From contig JAPEUI010000117.1 in NCBI GenBank assembly GCA_026025075.1, positions 1 to 49,429 of the forward strand: a stretch of DNA of 49,429 bases, in the 5' to 3' direction. The position numbers and the translations under genes are program-made. A model generated the notes under the pieces. The model worked only from the letters and a program-made list of their open reading frames with translations. It was not told where the DNA came from and made no database searches. The DNA comes from Vezdaea acicularis (taxonomy: Eukaryota). Within the stretch, counting starts at the first letter, position 1; every line of letters begins with the position of its first letter. Shown piece by piece: positions 11,002 through 23,516 of the stretch.

Positions 11002-12788
11002 TCACATCCTGAAAACCCCAAACTTTGTCGGTTTCTGTTCAACGCTACCACCCAGCGCAGCATTAAGGCCAAGTCCAAGTACTTGTCTAGTCTGACTTGG
11101 TGGGATGATTCCGTCGTCCCACAGCCGGGCCGAGGAAAATATTGCAGTGCTTTCCTGTTCTATACGATCCTTGAGCTTGGGATCAACACTTTTACCAACA
11201 GCCTCCATGACGCTGCTCAGTTGCTCGCTGCCCATGACGCCAATCTTGGCATTGGGCCACATCCATAGAAACCGCGGACCATACGCCCGACCACTAGGAT
11301 AATCAACACGTAGTCAAGAGTAGGATACCTGAGGTAAGAGAAAAAAACATACCACATTCCATAGTTACCAGCACCAGCACTCGCTCCATATACTATGGTG
11401 AACTTTGGGACTTCAGCGCAGGCAACTGCCGTGACAAGCTTTGCCCCATTCTTTGCGATTCCACCCTTCTCCGCGTCTGCTCCAACCATAAAGCCACTGA
11501 TGTTCTGCAAAAAGACAAGCGGGATGTTACGCTGCGTACATAGTTCGATGAAGTGAGCCCCTTTCAAAGATGACTCTGAAAAGAGGATACCGTTGTTGGC
11601 GACTATACCTATCTGTTGACCATAGATACGGGCAAACCCTGTGACTAAAGTGCTCCCATAGTCACGCTTAAACTCAGCAAACTCGCTACCATCAACAATA
11701 CGAGCAATAATCTCATGAACGTCAATTGGTGTCCGTAAATTGGTGCCGATAATACCAGGAAGCTCTGCAGGGTCATGAATTGGCTCTTTCCAAAATGAAT
11801 TTGCAGAACGAGAAGGCCAGTTGAGGTTACTGATCGATCTCCGAGCTAGGACCAGAGCATGGGCATCATCAACGGCTAGGTAGTCGGTAACGCCAGATAT
11901 TGAACTATGAAGCTTGCCTCCACCCAGATTTTCCGCGGTTACCACTTCGCCAGTTGCAGCCTTCACGAGAGGAGGCCCTGCTAAGAATATGGTTCCTTGG
12001 TTCTCCACAATAATGGACTCGTCTGACATACTAGGTACGTAGGCTCCACCCGCGGTGCATGGTCCCATCACCACTGATATTTGAGGTATGCCAAGAGAGC
12101 TCATTCTAGCTTGATTATAAAAAATCCGACCAAAGTGCTCTTTGTCCGGAAATACGTCTGCCTGATGCGGGAGGTTTGCGCCACCAGAATCAACTAAATA
12201 AATGCAGGGAAGTTGGTTTTCTTGAGCTATAGTTTGCGCTCGCAAATGCTTCTTAACAGTGATAGGGTAATAGGTGCCTCCTTTTACAGTACTGTCGTTA
12301 ACAACGATCATACATGTTACACCCTCGACCGTACCGATGCCTGTGATGATGCCACCTGCTGGGACGTCTTCGCCGGGGTATAAACCATGACCTGCAAGAG
12401 TAGACAACTCAAGAAATGCCGTTCCGGGGTCGGTTAGAGCCGTGATACGATCGCGCGGGAGCATCTTGTTCCTTTCTATGTGCTTCTCTTTCGCCTTCTG
12501 TGGTCCCCCTTCTGCAATTTTTCCGTGCAGATCTTTGAGATTCTGTGTAAGCACCTCCATCCGCTTCACATTCTCTTTGAATGCTGAGGTGGAAGAGTCC
12601 ACTACTGTCTGGAGAATAGAAATAGCGCGCGACTGATCCTGATCAGGATGTACAACGAGGTGTCGAACTCCTGATCTTGCGACACAGCCATTGGGAGTCC
12701 ATATCGGCAACGGCCTAAACTTCGAAAATCCATGGCAGGAGAGGCTAATGACAGAGCGCCATTGTGATACCCTCAGGGCTCGTTGCAT
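11002..12788 (-). CDS. mccB: 3-methylcrotonyl-CoA carboxylase beta (carboxyltransferase) subunit
   Basis: ATG 12788. Intron 11352-11294. About 575 aa. [68 protein letters not shown]-terminal FGVFRM. Confidence 0.95.
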
Positions 12789-13274
12789 GGTTTTCAAAGG
12801 CGCATTACACCGATCATATAGCAGATTTTGCTAGCAAAAGCAACTTTTGAATCAATGACGGTGTCTCAACATGCCACAAGCCCTGTCCAGGAGTTTTGGC
12901 TGGAGGAAGAGCTGCTGTGTATATCAAACAGCCGACGATACTAGACCTGCTTCCTATCTGAATTGGCGTAATAGTAGGGCGTCTGTTTTGGCATTTGCTT
13001 TGAGGGCAACGCCGAATCATCCAATCATTGAAATAGGTATTGTGAGGACCCAGGCCAGGAGCCTCGGTATAGGCCAAAATTTGGAGGGTTATATGTCGGC
13101 TTAGAAGACGTACTTAATTGGAGACGCCGGGTTAACGATGTCCCGCGCTTCACGTGTAGTACATCCCGGAAGGGACTAGCGTAGACACCAGTGAGTGGAT
13201 AATGATGATTCTTGGAGTCTTTCTACGCTGCTCCTCTCGAACTCATATGAGCGCGTCTGCGCAATGATTTCGAT

Positions 13275-16004
13275 ATGCCCATCACTAAAATTAATGCGGC
13301 ATCCGTGCCTTCCACGGCATTGCTCCGCGTGCTCCGTCAACTTGCCCTGGCTGGAACGGTCACTGGCATCGTCCTGGCCGAAGACCGACGAAGACGAATA
13401 TGTACAATGAGCCAGATCAAAGATAATGCGAAGAAGCTTAAGAAAAGCCCACGATATAGTACAGCTGGGGCAGCGGCTGTGAAGAGTCTTCAAGAGTATG
13501 GGATCCTTGAGACCGATGGTAGTCTACGACCTAGCTTTCGGTGGACAGAAGAACCTCTGATCGACCCACCACTACTACCGAGCGAAATTGAAAGAGGCTA
13601 TTCAGAAAAACGACGCCTGACTATCAATAGAGATCCAAACGTCAATTATGAGCACGGTCACAATCGTCACTCGGGCCATGAGACGGGTAATCACTTGTCC
13701 GAAAATTATGTCGATCTCTCTCTGGGACACAGAGAAGCAACATACCTCCCTAAAGCGGATGAGGCGATAAAGAGTGACTCCAGTACCAAAAAGGCTGCTC
13801 CAAAGGTCCCTAGTGACTTGGTGACCCACACAGGTCTATTGAAACCCGCGAAAGCAATGGAAGGACACGCTAGCTCTAGCAGTCCCATCAAGAACTTTCA
13901 TCTGAATTTTAAGGATTCATCATCCATTACTTCAACCACTGCACCTTACAAACTCAAAAGAGCACGGAGGAGCATACGTCGTTCCACTGAGCGCGGCCAA
14001 GTCGTAGATATAATTCGAGCTCGAAATGTTCTCGATATCATATTGGACAGAGAGAGCGTTGCAAGTTTGGACACCAAGTCCTTGCCGATAGTTGAGGATT
14101 TATGTAGGGCCGCTAGAAAACTCGACATGGAAGACGATTGCCACTATCTCTTTTGGAGGCTCTTTAACGCTACGCCTCAACACATTAAGGGCGAGCCTCA
14201 ACGCTGGCTGGCCAAATTCACCAGTGCACTTGGCAGTGACTTGGAGGGCATTCACAGCGACTTCCGCCTCAAAAAAAATTGGCCCGTAAATCGGTTCAAG
14301 CAGCAAGTCGAATTCTACACCTCTAGACGACAATTAGCAACCGCAGAGGAAGTTCTCATTGCAGGGCTGCGATGTCACGAAGTGCGGCATTTCAACGCTT
14401 GTGTCGCTGAACTTATACTGTCTTGCTGGTGGATATCGAAGGATCTAGGTCGTGTTGAGCACCTTCTTCAGAAGATTTATCAGGTGTATCGCCCATATCA
14501 GTTTACATACGTTGTATATGACGCAATGATACAATGCTGTGTCGAGGCCAAGAACAGAGAAAGACTAGAATTCTATCTGAAGCAACTAAGATCTCTAGGT
14601 GTTCCCATGCGGCTAAAAACAAATCTTCACTTGATGTTAATGGACAGCTTCGCCAGGGATTGGGTTGCCGTGGAAAAGAAACTTACCCTTTTGCCAAATT
14701 CAACGAAAGGAATGGAGCGGTTCGCTGTATCAAAGACTTTCAATCGGTTACTCCTTGAGTATGGTCAAGACAAAGGCTTCCGTAGCGCCTTAGAATTCCT
14801 CGAAAGGGGCATGGAGGTTTATGGAATTCGCCCGAACAATACAACAAACAATGTCATGATGGTCATAGCCTCGAAGGCAGATGACTTTGACAGCTTGGTG
14901 AAGTGGCTTGACCGAGCTCAAGAACTGAGACTAAAGCTCAACGGATCGAGTTTCAGGACCCTCATTCGTTGGTTCCAACAGTCACACGAGATCGGCTCTC
15001 GGAAGCTTTTTGATCTGCTGAAAACCATAGCCAACATTGACAAAGATTTCACTTCAGAAGATCCCCGTAAACTACGACACTTGATACGTAGTATTGTCAC
15101 GTCTGATAATAGATTACGAAATGACGAGAAACTGCCAAAAGATTTCATAACATTAGCGTTGATGAAGACGAAGGAATTCGCTAGCGATGTAGATCTGGAA
15201 AGCGAAGCACTCTACACCAACATGAAAGGGGCGATACTTTCTGGCCATCCACATGAAGCCGTGCAGCGATTTCAATTTGCTCAACGCGACGGCTTGAAAA
15301 TCAAACAAAATTGTTTTGAGCTCGCCTTACGAGCGTCACAATTACTTTGGAACACACCATACAAAGGGTCGGGCGCTGGAATACTCGCAACATTTCCTCA
15401 TGAAAAGAATGTTTCTAAAGTGAACATAGTGAATGCGGGAGCTATGGCATCGACGCCACCAGCATCAAATGTACGGTCGGAGGGACCGTGTAGGATCGAT
15501 CTTGTGAACTCCGTTGCCCATCAGGCTATTGTGATGGGGAATCCCTCCAGAGCAGTCTCGATGTTCGAGGGTATCGCCAAGAGGTACCAGGGGGACAAAA
15601 CCCCACTCACCATCATCAGCATGTCCATCTGGGTTCGAGCATACGCCAGTGTCCCAAACATCGATGGTGTCGAAGCGGTCGTGCGAGAAGTCCTGAGGCG
15701 CAACCTCAGGATAGATGAGAAGTTTATCTCCACGGTTGCTCGCGCCCGAACAACCTTCTGGCATCTTCGTCATAACGTCCCTAATCCCGCAAACGCCATT
15801 GATGCATTAATGAAGTTTGAAGAGGTTGTGGCCGGGAGGCGCCGTCAGCAGCTAATTGAGCAGGAGAAGAGTTGGGATGCGGTCCTAGAGGTTGTGAAGT
15901 GGAATAGCGAACGCCGCACGGTGGAGCGCTTGGAAGCTCTCCAGAAGGATAAGGCCCAAGCAACGGCTTTGCCGCAGCCTGTTTTTGCTTCTGCACAGGC
16001 CTGA
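13275..16004 (+). CDS. Pentatricopeptide-repeat protein, probably mitochondrial
   Basis: 909-aa intronless ORF. PPR-like helical units (VVYDAMIQCCVE, TFNRLLLEYG..YGIRPNNTTNNVMM). The N-terminus VPSTALLRVLRQLA..LAEDRRRRI resembles fungal PPR proteins. Confidence 0.7.
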   Translation: MPITKINAASVPSTALLRVLRQLALAGTVTGIVLAEDRRRRICTMSQIKDNAKKLKKSPRYSTAGAAAVKSLQEYGILETDGSLRPSFRWTEEPLIDPPLLPSEIERGYSEKRRLTINRDPNVNYEHGHNRHSGHETGNHLSENYVDLSLGHREATYLPKADEAIKSDSSTKKAAPKVPSDLVTHTGLLKPAKAMEGHASSSSPIKNFHLNFKDSSSITSTTAPYKLKRARRSIRRSTERGQVVDIIRARNVLDIILDRESVASLDTKSLPIVEDLCRAARKLDMEDDCHYLFWRLFNATPQHIKGEPQRWLAKFTSALGSDLEGIHSDFRLKKNWPVNRFKQQVEFYTSRRQLATAEEVLIAGLRCHEVRHFNACVAELILSCWWISKDLGRVEHLLQKIYQVYRPYQFTYVVYDAMIQCCVEAKNRERLEFYLKQLRSLGVPMRLKTNLHLMLMDSFARDWVAVEKKLTLLPNSTKGMERFAVSKTFNRLLLEYGQDKGFRSALEFLERGMEVYGIRPNNTTNNVMMVIASKADDFDSLVKWLDRAQELRLKLNGSSFRTLIRWFQQSHEIGSRKLFDLLKTIANIDKDFTSEDPRKLRHLIRSIVTSDNRLRNDEKLPKDFITLALMKTKEFASDVDLESEALYTNMKGAILSGHPHEAVQRFQFAQRDGLKIKQNCFELALRASQLLWNTPYKGSGAGILATFPHEKNVSKVNIVNAGAMASTPPASNVRSEGPCRIDLVNSVAHQAIVMGNPSRAVSMFEGIAKRYQGDKTPLTIISMSIWVRAYASVPNIDGVEAVVREVLRRNLRIDEKFISTVARARTTFWHLRHNVPNPANAIDALMKFEEVVAGRRRQQLIEQEKSWDAVLEVVKWNSERRTVERLEALQKDKAQATALPQPVFASAQA

Positions 16005-16929
16005 ACCGTCAGGCGTTTGGTGCGGGCTTACACAGTTGGAGTAGACTATTCGGCATAAAATATTATTACATAACCCTACAAGCATACCCAGTGCAGATCT
16101 TTCGCACGGGTGATATAGGCTGCATATAATACATGTGTGAAAATCTAAGTCCGAGCCCATCTTCCCTGAGTCATAAATGTCTTGCATTAGTGCGCTGCTA
16201 ACCTCATCAGCATCCGAAATCCTATGGAAGAGTTGTTGCAATCATCATGCCTTCATTGGCTCTCTCTTGAAGAGATAGGAGCGAGATCAGGAAAATATGC
16301 GAAATAAATCGAGTTGTTGAATCTGCTTACCATGGCAATTGCGCAGCAGCGGCTAGAGCGTACCTATTCGCCCTATAATCCGGGGAAGGGAGGCTCAGCT
16401 GATCCCAATCTTGAGATAACAAACCTCACCTCCCGCAAAATAGATCCTCCCTATCGAAGAATCAATACGACCTCAAAGAAGCTTGTTCAGGAAACTGGCT
16501 CCTCGGCGAACCATGTGTCTCCACCACTTATAGCATCTAGTGCAATATTCAACTGACGCTTGAGTCTTGTTCTCTCTATCAAATCGATCCAACTGATGCG
16601 GTCGCTCTGCACGACATTCGATAGGAAGTAGGGGTAAAAGTTGCGAAAGGTAAGGGGGTCCCTCAGCCCGATGGAAGCAACTTGAGAAAAGGGGCGTTTG
16701 CCAATCATAAGCGCGTGGATGTTTGACATGCCATACTAGAACTGCATAGGTCATCTGCAACCTCGTAGATACGGGCTTTTCCGTAATCTATCCTGCTGAG
16801 GGGAGGGTGATCGACGAAATAAAATCAAACATGCTCGTACGTTTGCTGGCTTTAAGGTTGAGTTTTATGATTGAACGTATATCACAACAAGACTATACTC
16901 AAGCGCGCTTGTTCATGAATCGTAACCAT

Positions 16930-18899
16930 TCATTCCTCGCATATTTTCCGAGTCGGATCGCCCGATATTCTAAAAACGTCAGACATATCCATGTCCCTCA
17001 CATCGCACATGTACTTTAACCAGCCGAGTGCCCACATCTCCTGCTCCCTTGGCAAGAATGGCCTAGCAACTGCACATAAGACGTACATCGGCCAGATGAG
17101 GAAATACCCACCCAGTGTCCTCACTGTTGGTCGTAGACCTCGTTCATTCTTTTGCATCAGCCCTATCTCTTGCTCGAAATCTTTGTTGATGACGCCCACC
17201 TCGTAGCCGAGTCCGAACGCAAGGGAAGAGCATATGTCCGTGACTGCGGATTGGATTATTGATGTTGTCCGTGCACTTCCTGCTTTGTCAAGTAGTGGGC
17301 GACCAGAGTGACTTTTGAGGTACTCGACACATTCAAGCATTAGAATGCGCAGATAGATCCGCGCAACGCGCGCGAAGTTTACGACGCTTCCAATCCAGAT
17401 ATTGGCGTAGGCGTGATAGTCGCCCCACAACGGAATGGGGTGGTTCACGTCGTCTAGTGGTAGCACAAGCTTCGATTGCTGAGGAAACAAGGTTTTCCGC
17501 GGCATCCAAAGATCGGGTAAAGTCATCAGCCGTTCTTCGATTTGCTCGTCCAATTCCTTGGCCTCTTCGAACAGTGCCGAAATTTTAGCCTGGACGGTCT
17601 CAACATTAAATGGGTTGGCTCTTATGTGGTCCATTCTCTCAAGATAACCGGGCGTTTTGAAAACGATTTTCATAATGCTGATTCCAGGATGATCATTGGG
17701 ATCGTGAGTTGACCAGTGCTCTACGAAAGGAAAAAGCTGTTTTCGCCTCGCGAAGCAAGCTATTACCTATTGAAGCGCCATTGGTCAGTATATGGAGAAA
17801 TTTCTGGGCAATACAGGCTGGGAAAGCTCGCCGAAAGGGAAGGCGATAAAACCTGGACTGAAAGAGGAAGAAATTGGAACATACTGTCGAAGGGCGGTGT
17901 AGTAGAAATAGAGAAAGGCCCATTGGGCTTTTGAGTTGTTGGGGTCCGCGCATACGGATCAACGTTGATGCTCCTATGACATGTTTGTTCCAAGCGTATA
18001 GAGATTTACTAGTTCGCATCAGCGTCTAAAGGACGTCAGTGATTTTATCCAGTAACAGGCATTCCTCTAAAGGTGTATCAAAACCGAATCAGAACCAAAA
18101 TGCGCAATTATTCAGCCGACCGCTATACCCGTCTACACACGCACCTCATAAACACTAAGCATATGTACGGCCAAAAGGGTGTCGTCCCTCCGCGCTACGT
18201 CTGGATCGGCCAATGCGAGGTTGGTCGATGCCAGAGCGGTAGCATAGTATTGTCGTGCTTGCGATATGAGAGTTACATCGCACTGCTCTGTTCCCATGTA
18301 CGCAAAAGCTGTAGCACAAACGGCCTTTGCAAGATGCGAATTTGCGTCGGTCTGGCTGTACAGTATGGGTAAACATTGAAGATACCCCGACAACGGAAGA
18401 CCTCCAGGGAAGTCAGGCATAATATACATATATGCAAAATATGACAGCACTCGTGGTTCAAGTGGCGGTTCGACATTACTTGGAACATGAATGCTGGCGT
18501 CTGCCAAGGCGGTCAAATTCGATCGCCCATTGACCCCAATCTTTGGAGTTTCCCATGTCGACACATTTTCGAGCTTTGCTGCTTTGAGTTTCCGGTCTAG
18601 TCGTGCGTTTTCGTCCCGGAAAACAAGGTCTGCTGCGTCCAAGTAGCCTCCGCATTGCCGGCCTACTCTCGTGCAGCGAATGCATGCCGGTTTCTTCTCG
18701 TCGCACTGGACAATGGATTTGTCAGAGAAAACGTAGGCTCCAGTATCATCACAACGGTGGGCTCCGTGTAAAGGGAGCCATGGTGACGCACCTTGACTCG
18801 GCGAGACTTGCAGGTAAAGCAACCTTTACTTCGAGGACCCTCTCCCCGGGGCGTCCTCCGCGCGGTCGGTGCCGCCGCCACACCTCCACGGATTTTCAT
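16930..18899 (-). CDS. Zn(II)2Cys6 transcription factor with Fungal_trans_2-like domain
   Basis: ATG 18899. Introns 18791-18706, 18144-18026 and 17884-17767. About 548 aa. Spliced cluster CFTCKSRRVK|CDEKKPACIRCTRVGRQCGGY. Also ARQYYATAL..RRDDTLLAVHML, WNKHVIGA..RGPQQL and GGYFLIWPM. Confidence 0.9.
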
Positions 18900-20919
18900 G
18901 ATGCCTTCCAGGTTCGGCAATCGCAAGAAGCCTGTTGGACCCTTTGGAAAACCCCAACCCCAGGCTCTGAGCAGTTATTGCTGGGATTGACGGTTGGAGG
19001 CGTGCCTAACGCCTCGCTGGATGTAACCTTACTGGGCAATTGGAACCCAAGGAGTCGGCTTCCGCGGCCACGGTGCGAACCTTCCCCTATAACTTTGTTG
19101 TCCAAGAGCGTGCACGAGAGATGCACAGAGGTTCAAGAGCAGTGACGCCCCCAAAACGGTGAAGCGGACGAGCCTTGTTGAAATAGGATAGCCTTGGGCC
19201 TGGTGTATTGGGGGCCATTACGGCGACTACAAGGGCGATGATAGCGCTGGTAGAGTGATGAAGCCATAAAGATGGATTCTGCAAGGCGATGCCGTAAGCT
19301 ATGCTCCGTCCAAGGTTGCGTATACCGGCGTGTGCGTGAATTGTGATGATTTCCTGCATCCGCCGGAGCAATTGAGAGCCATACACAGCGTTGTAATCAG
19401 CCCGCAGATGTCAGCCAGGGTCGGCATATCACGGGTGGGGCAGCGCGCTACTATGAGTTATCGCCCGATTTGGCGATGGCCGCGAGCCGAGGGTATGCGC
19501 CGAAAGCGTACCTTGCGGCTATTTGGCTATGCGGAGCCCTGACGATTCGATCTAAAGGGGCACTGAAAGCTGCTCCAACGAAAAGGGCCTTAAAGTGCAG
19601 GAGAGAGAGCGTGGCTGTTGAACATCTGAAACGGCGGCTGGAGTTTTGACTATGCTTGCACAACAAGCGGAAAAATATCACCTCCCGCTTCGCCCACTTT
19701 ACACCCAGCTCTTGCCCAGCCTTCCATTTGGCTAAGACATCAAAGTGCCAGGCCTACCTATAGTAACTCTAATTGGTCGCTGTAGCCAGTAAGCTCTTCC
19801 GGTTACCGTCCAGCTGCGGAAAATGCATGAATTTTGGTAAGGGAGGCCGAAGATTGAGCTCGCTGGCTGAAATCTTGGTGCCATTCGTCAGGATTGTGAT
19901 TAGACGCGATTTAAGCTTTGACTGCACAAGCAGCTGCTTTGCTTTCTTTGAACACGTTAAGTTTGTCGTCTAATGGTATGCTTGCTAGGAAGTGGCATGA
20001 TGCCATTCTGTCTACGGACTGGCAGACGATTACCTCACCGATGCGCGGCAGGGCAATCTGCCAACGTGCCGGACATGATTAGTATAGCTGGACGCCCTGG
20101 ATTATGCTGACTACCCTTCAAGCAATGCAGCCTATTCCGGCACCATAGATAATGAACTGCTGCTTGTGCCATTCGTGAAACGTCAACTTCTGCCCTTGGA
20201 AGGCGCTGAGCGGTAGGACGTACAGCCAATGAATTATGTGATTTGAATTCGACCCTTTAGCAACCCGCCTTGTCCTCATCCGATTTCGATAGACCGGCAT
20301 TTGACCAAGACCAAAGTCTGCCCCTCCCTCGCCGCCACTTTTCGCCTGTGATATCCTTTGGTAATCAGGGGAGTCATCTAGTTGTCCGACACAGAGCAAT
20401 GACTCAGCGTTGCTTTCCACCTTGGCAACGGCCACACCCGTTCCTGGATTGAAGGACTATTCGAATAATTAGGCCGGCCTTAGGATATCAGCCGAGCACG
20501 ATGTTGTGTTGGTCAATCGGCTGTGGCCGAGAAACCTGATATGCTTATTGTGCAGCTCAAAGCACTAAAGGGAGAGCATCAGCCTTCTATGGCAGACCTC
20601 AAGATTGAACCCTGGAAAACGTGCGTTTTCCATCATATATTGAAGAGCAAGCAATACCCTCACATATCAGTGCACTTGCCTCGATAGTTACCTCGTCGTA
20701 GAAGTGGACGAAGACGGGCTAGTCAGCGATTCATTGTAGGGCCAAGAGTTCTAGCTCCACAGAACTTGGCAGTAGCTGAGCTATTCGAGTACGGCCATTT
20801 GATATGGCGTAGAAGCTCATAGCGCGAGTATCCAGCTCTGCGGGGGATCAATCTCTGAGATAGAGCACCAACAGAACAGGAGATCGCATGGCCTGGCTTT
20901 CAAAGAGTAAGAAGCAACT

Positions 20920-23181
20920 TCAGGCCCACGTCTCTTGCTTGTAACGACCTTCTTTCTCCATTTGTACGAGGTACGCTTCAGCTGTCTTCCTATCTTGCGA
21001 GCTTCCTTGCTGAAAGACCTCAATAAGAGCCTCACGTATCGCCTGAGGCATCTTGCCAGAGGACCCACAGACGAATACTATTCCCATATCCTTGCAGAGG
21101 ATGCGACGCACAGAATCTGCTTGCTCTCTAATAATGTCCTGCACGTAGATCTTGTGCTTCTAGGTTGTGTAAGCAAATATTATTCGAGCTAAGGCCGAAG
21201 CTTACCTGATCTCGAGAGAAGGCCGAGAATGTCCGAAGATTCTGCCGTTGGCGCAGATCGTCCCACTCATCACGAAAGAAATAGTCGGCCTCTCGGTTCC
21301 GGCCACCGAAGAATAGGAGAGCTTCACCGACATTTACAATGTTATTTGAGCTGTCCTCCTCTCTAATGGTTTGTGGTGGAGCGATTGTGTCTATCCACAT
21401 CTGACGCTCCCAGAGAAGCGAGCGCATCGGAGCCAAACCGGTACCCGGAGCAACCATTACAACAGGACGCCATGCATCCCTCTTAGACACATGAAGTCCT
21501 CCAGGTCGAACAAGAATCTCAATATTCGTTCCGGGAGTCAGAGCCGCCAGATATCTTGTGCATACGCCAAGGCGGACTCTCTTAATTACAGTTCGGTACT
21601 TCACAATGGCCACCAGGAGGTCTATATTCGTACGAGCAGTCTCATCTCGAAGATTCGCCTGCTTTTCAAAGCCGCCACTGGCTATACTGAACTGTCTCCC
21701 ACGAAGCGGTGGAAATATGCTTGCAGCCCAACTCCAAGGTATCTTGACACTCTCAAATTCTTGTAATACTTCAAGAATGCTCCGGCGCGGTCTTGTGGTG
21801 TAGTCATATAGTTCATCAATGAGCTCAGGTTTGGTAAATTCTAAAAGTCGCTCTTTGTGCATCTCATTGCTTGTGAAATGAGCGATTAGAGAAAAGAATG
21901 ATCTTCGAGGTATAGCCATGATATCCAAATGGGATATGAGGAGGTCCCGAAGCGTAAAGCCGGAGCTTAGATTCCTTAAAGAGAGTAAGGAGCTATCATC
22001 TGTATGCACTCCCGCGTTGCCAGAAGCAAAGTCTAACGGCCGATCAGCGGCATCTTCCCAGCCCATTAAGAAGATGAGGCGGTCAACATCTTCTGGGAAA
22101 TTCTTTGGAAAGATGGTTACTATATCTCCAGGCGCGTATTCTACATGCTCGTCGGTAGTCAAGGAGATATGGCGTACGTCTTGCCAGTGAGTCGAAGGAG
22201 TGAGGCGCACATTGCGACGCAGGTTTGCACGAATAGCTCCCCTGACAAGCGTTTTTTCAGGGGACGAAGCTGTTTGGGATTGTCTCTGCAGAGGAGAACC
22301 ATCTTCGCTCCTAACTGCTCCATTTCCCACCACATCTTTGAAAACAGCGCGCCTTCTCGGGGTTATGGGACTAAAGGAATCCTCGAATTTGAGAAGTTGT
22401 TTAGGAGAAAGTAAGACGTCATTCGGAATGGGTTCTACACCCAAAGGGAGTGGAAAATGCTCCAGCATATACTGCCGCAAGTTGGACAGCCATGGTACAA
22501 AGGCTCCATCGGCACTGTACATATGCAGCTCAATATAATGCATGGTTTCTGGAGAATACAAGAAGAATACACATACCCCTCGGGATGTTGCTCGTCTGCC
22601 TCTCCCCCTACATAAAACTCCTGTGCTCCTAATTGCAAAAAGCGTTTATGTAACTTCCGTGCAGCCCAGTTGAACCTAAAGAATTAGTGAGCTCTGCCAA
22701 ATTATGGACCCTTTGAGCTCATATGAAGCTTACTTAGGGTAGGAGCTATCTCCCAAGCCAAAAACGACGAAGGCGAGACCGGACAGGAAATTCGGCGGTA
22801 GCTTCCTCCGCAGGAGCTTTTTCCAAAACAGCTGGGCGTTATTGGGAAGTTCGCCTTGCCCGGTTGTGGAAGTTATCACGATGGCTAACGGGCGTTGTTT
22901 CAGTGCGGCCAGTTCAACGGAATCTGCTGGTTGCAGTTGGACGGCGAAATGGAGACGTTCCAACACCGCCGTCAGCTCCTCTGCAGCCTGCTGAGCATTC
23001 CCTGTTTCCGAGCCATATGCTACGAGCACTCGCCGGTCGGCCATAACCAGTGAGGCTGAAACCCCTTTTTGTTGACTGCCCACAGCCTTATTGGCAATGT
23101 CGTTGCCGCCATCCTATGACACTTGCCTCCACAAGCATCACCGCAGCTCGCTTGCGGCTTTAGCCTAACACTAACCAGCAT
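20920..23181 (-). CDS. TAH18: NADPH-dependent diflavin oxidoreductase 1 (cytosolic Fe-S assembly)
   Basis: Flavodoxin YGSETGNA and STTGQGELP..FGLGDSSYPKFN; FAD/NADPH motifs RQFSIAS and APGTGLAPMRS; ends GRYKQETWA. Introns 22733-22676, 22576-22515 and 21205-21160. Probable 6-nt first exon ATGCTG at 23181 with intron 23175-23114; the alternative start is ATG 23044. Confidence 0.92.
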
Positions 23182-23516
23182 TCAAGCGATCTCTGGGGCG
23201 TTCTCCCGGCTGTTTGGCTCGGTTGCTCCTACGTGATTGGCTGTGTCAAGCGGCGGTCTTGGCAACACGGCGCCCACAGGAGAAATAAATTTTGGCTCGA
23301 CCCTGACGTTTTTCTCTCCGGCAACAACCAAGTCAAGACTGCTTTCCGATCAAAAGACTCAACCTCCCAACCCCTCCCCGTCAATCCCAAGTCATCTAGG
23401 GCACCAAGCTACCCTTTAGCACCGACCTCATTAAGTCAAGTAGCCCCAAGAGGTTTCCTGACAATCCTATCCCGAAGACACGTCGAGTTTCGCGAGGCAT
23501 TCAACTTTCCAACATC

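Noticed and set aside
19727..19747. TTTGGCTAAGA..TCAAAGTG similar to the U2 snRNA 5' region
   Set aside because: Lacks the GTAGTA branch-pairing sequence and an Sm site; likely chance.
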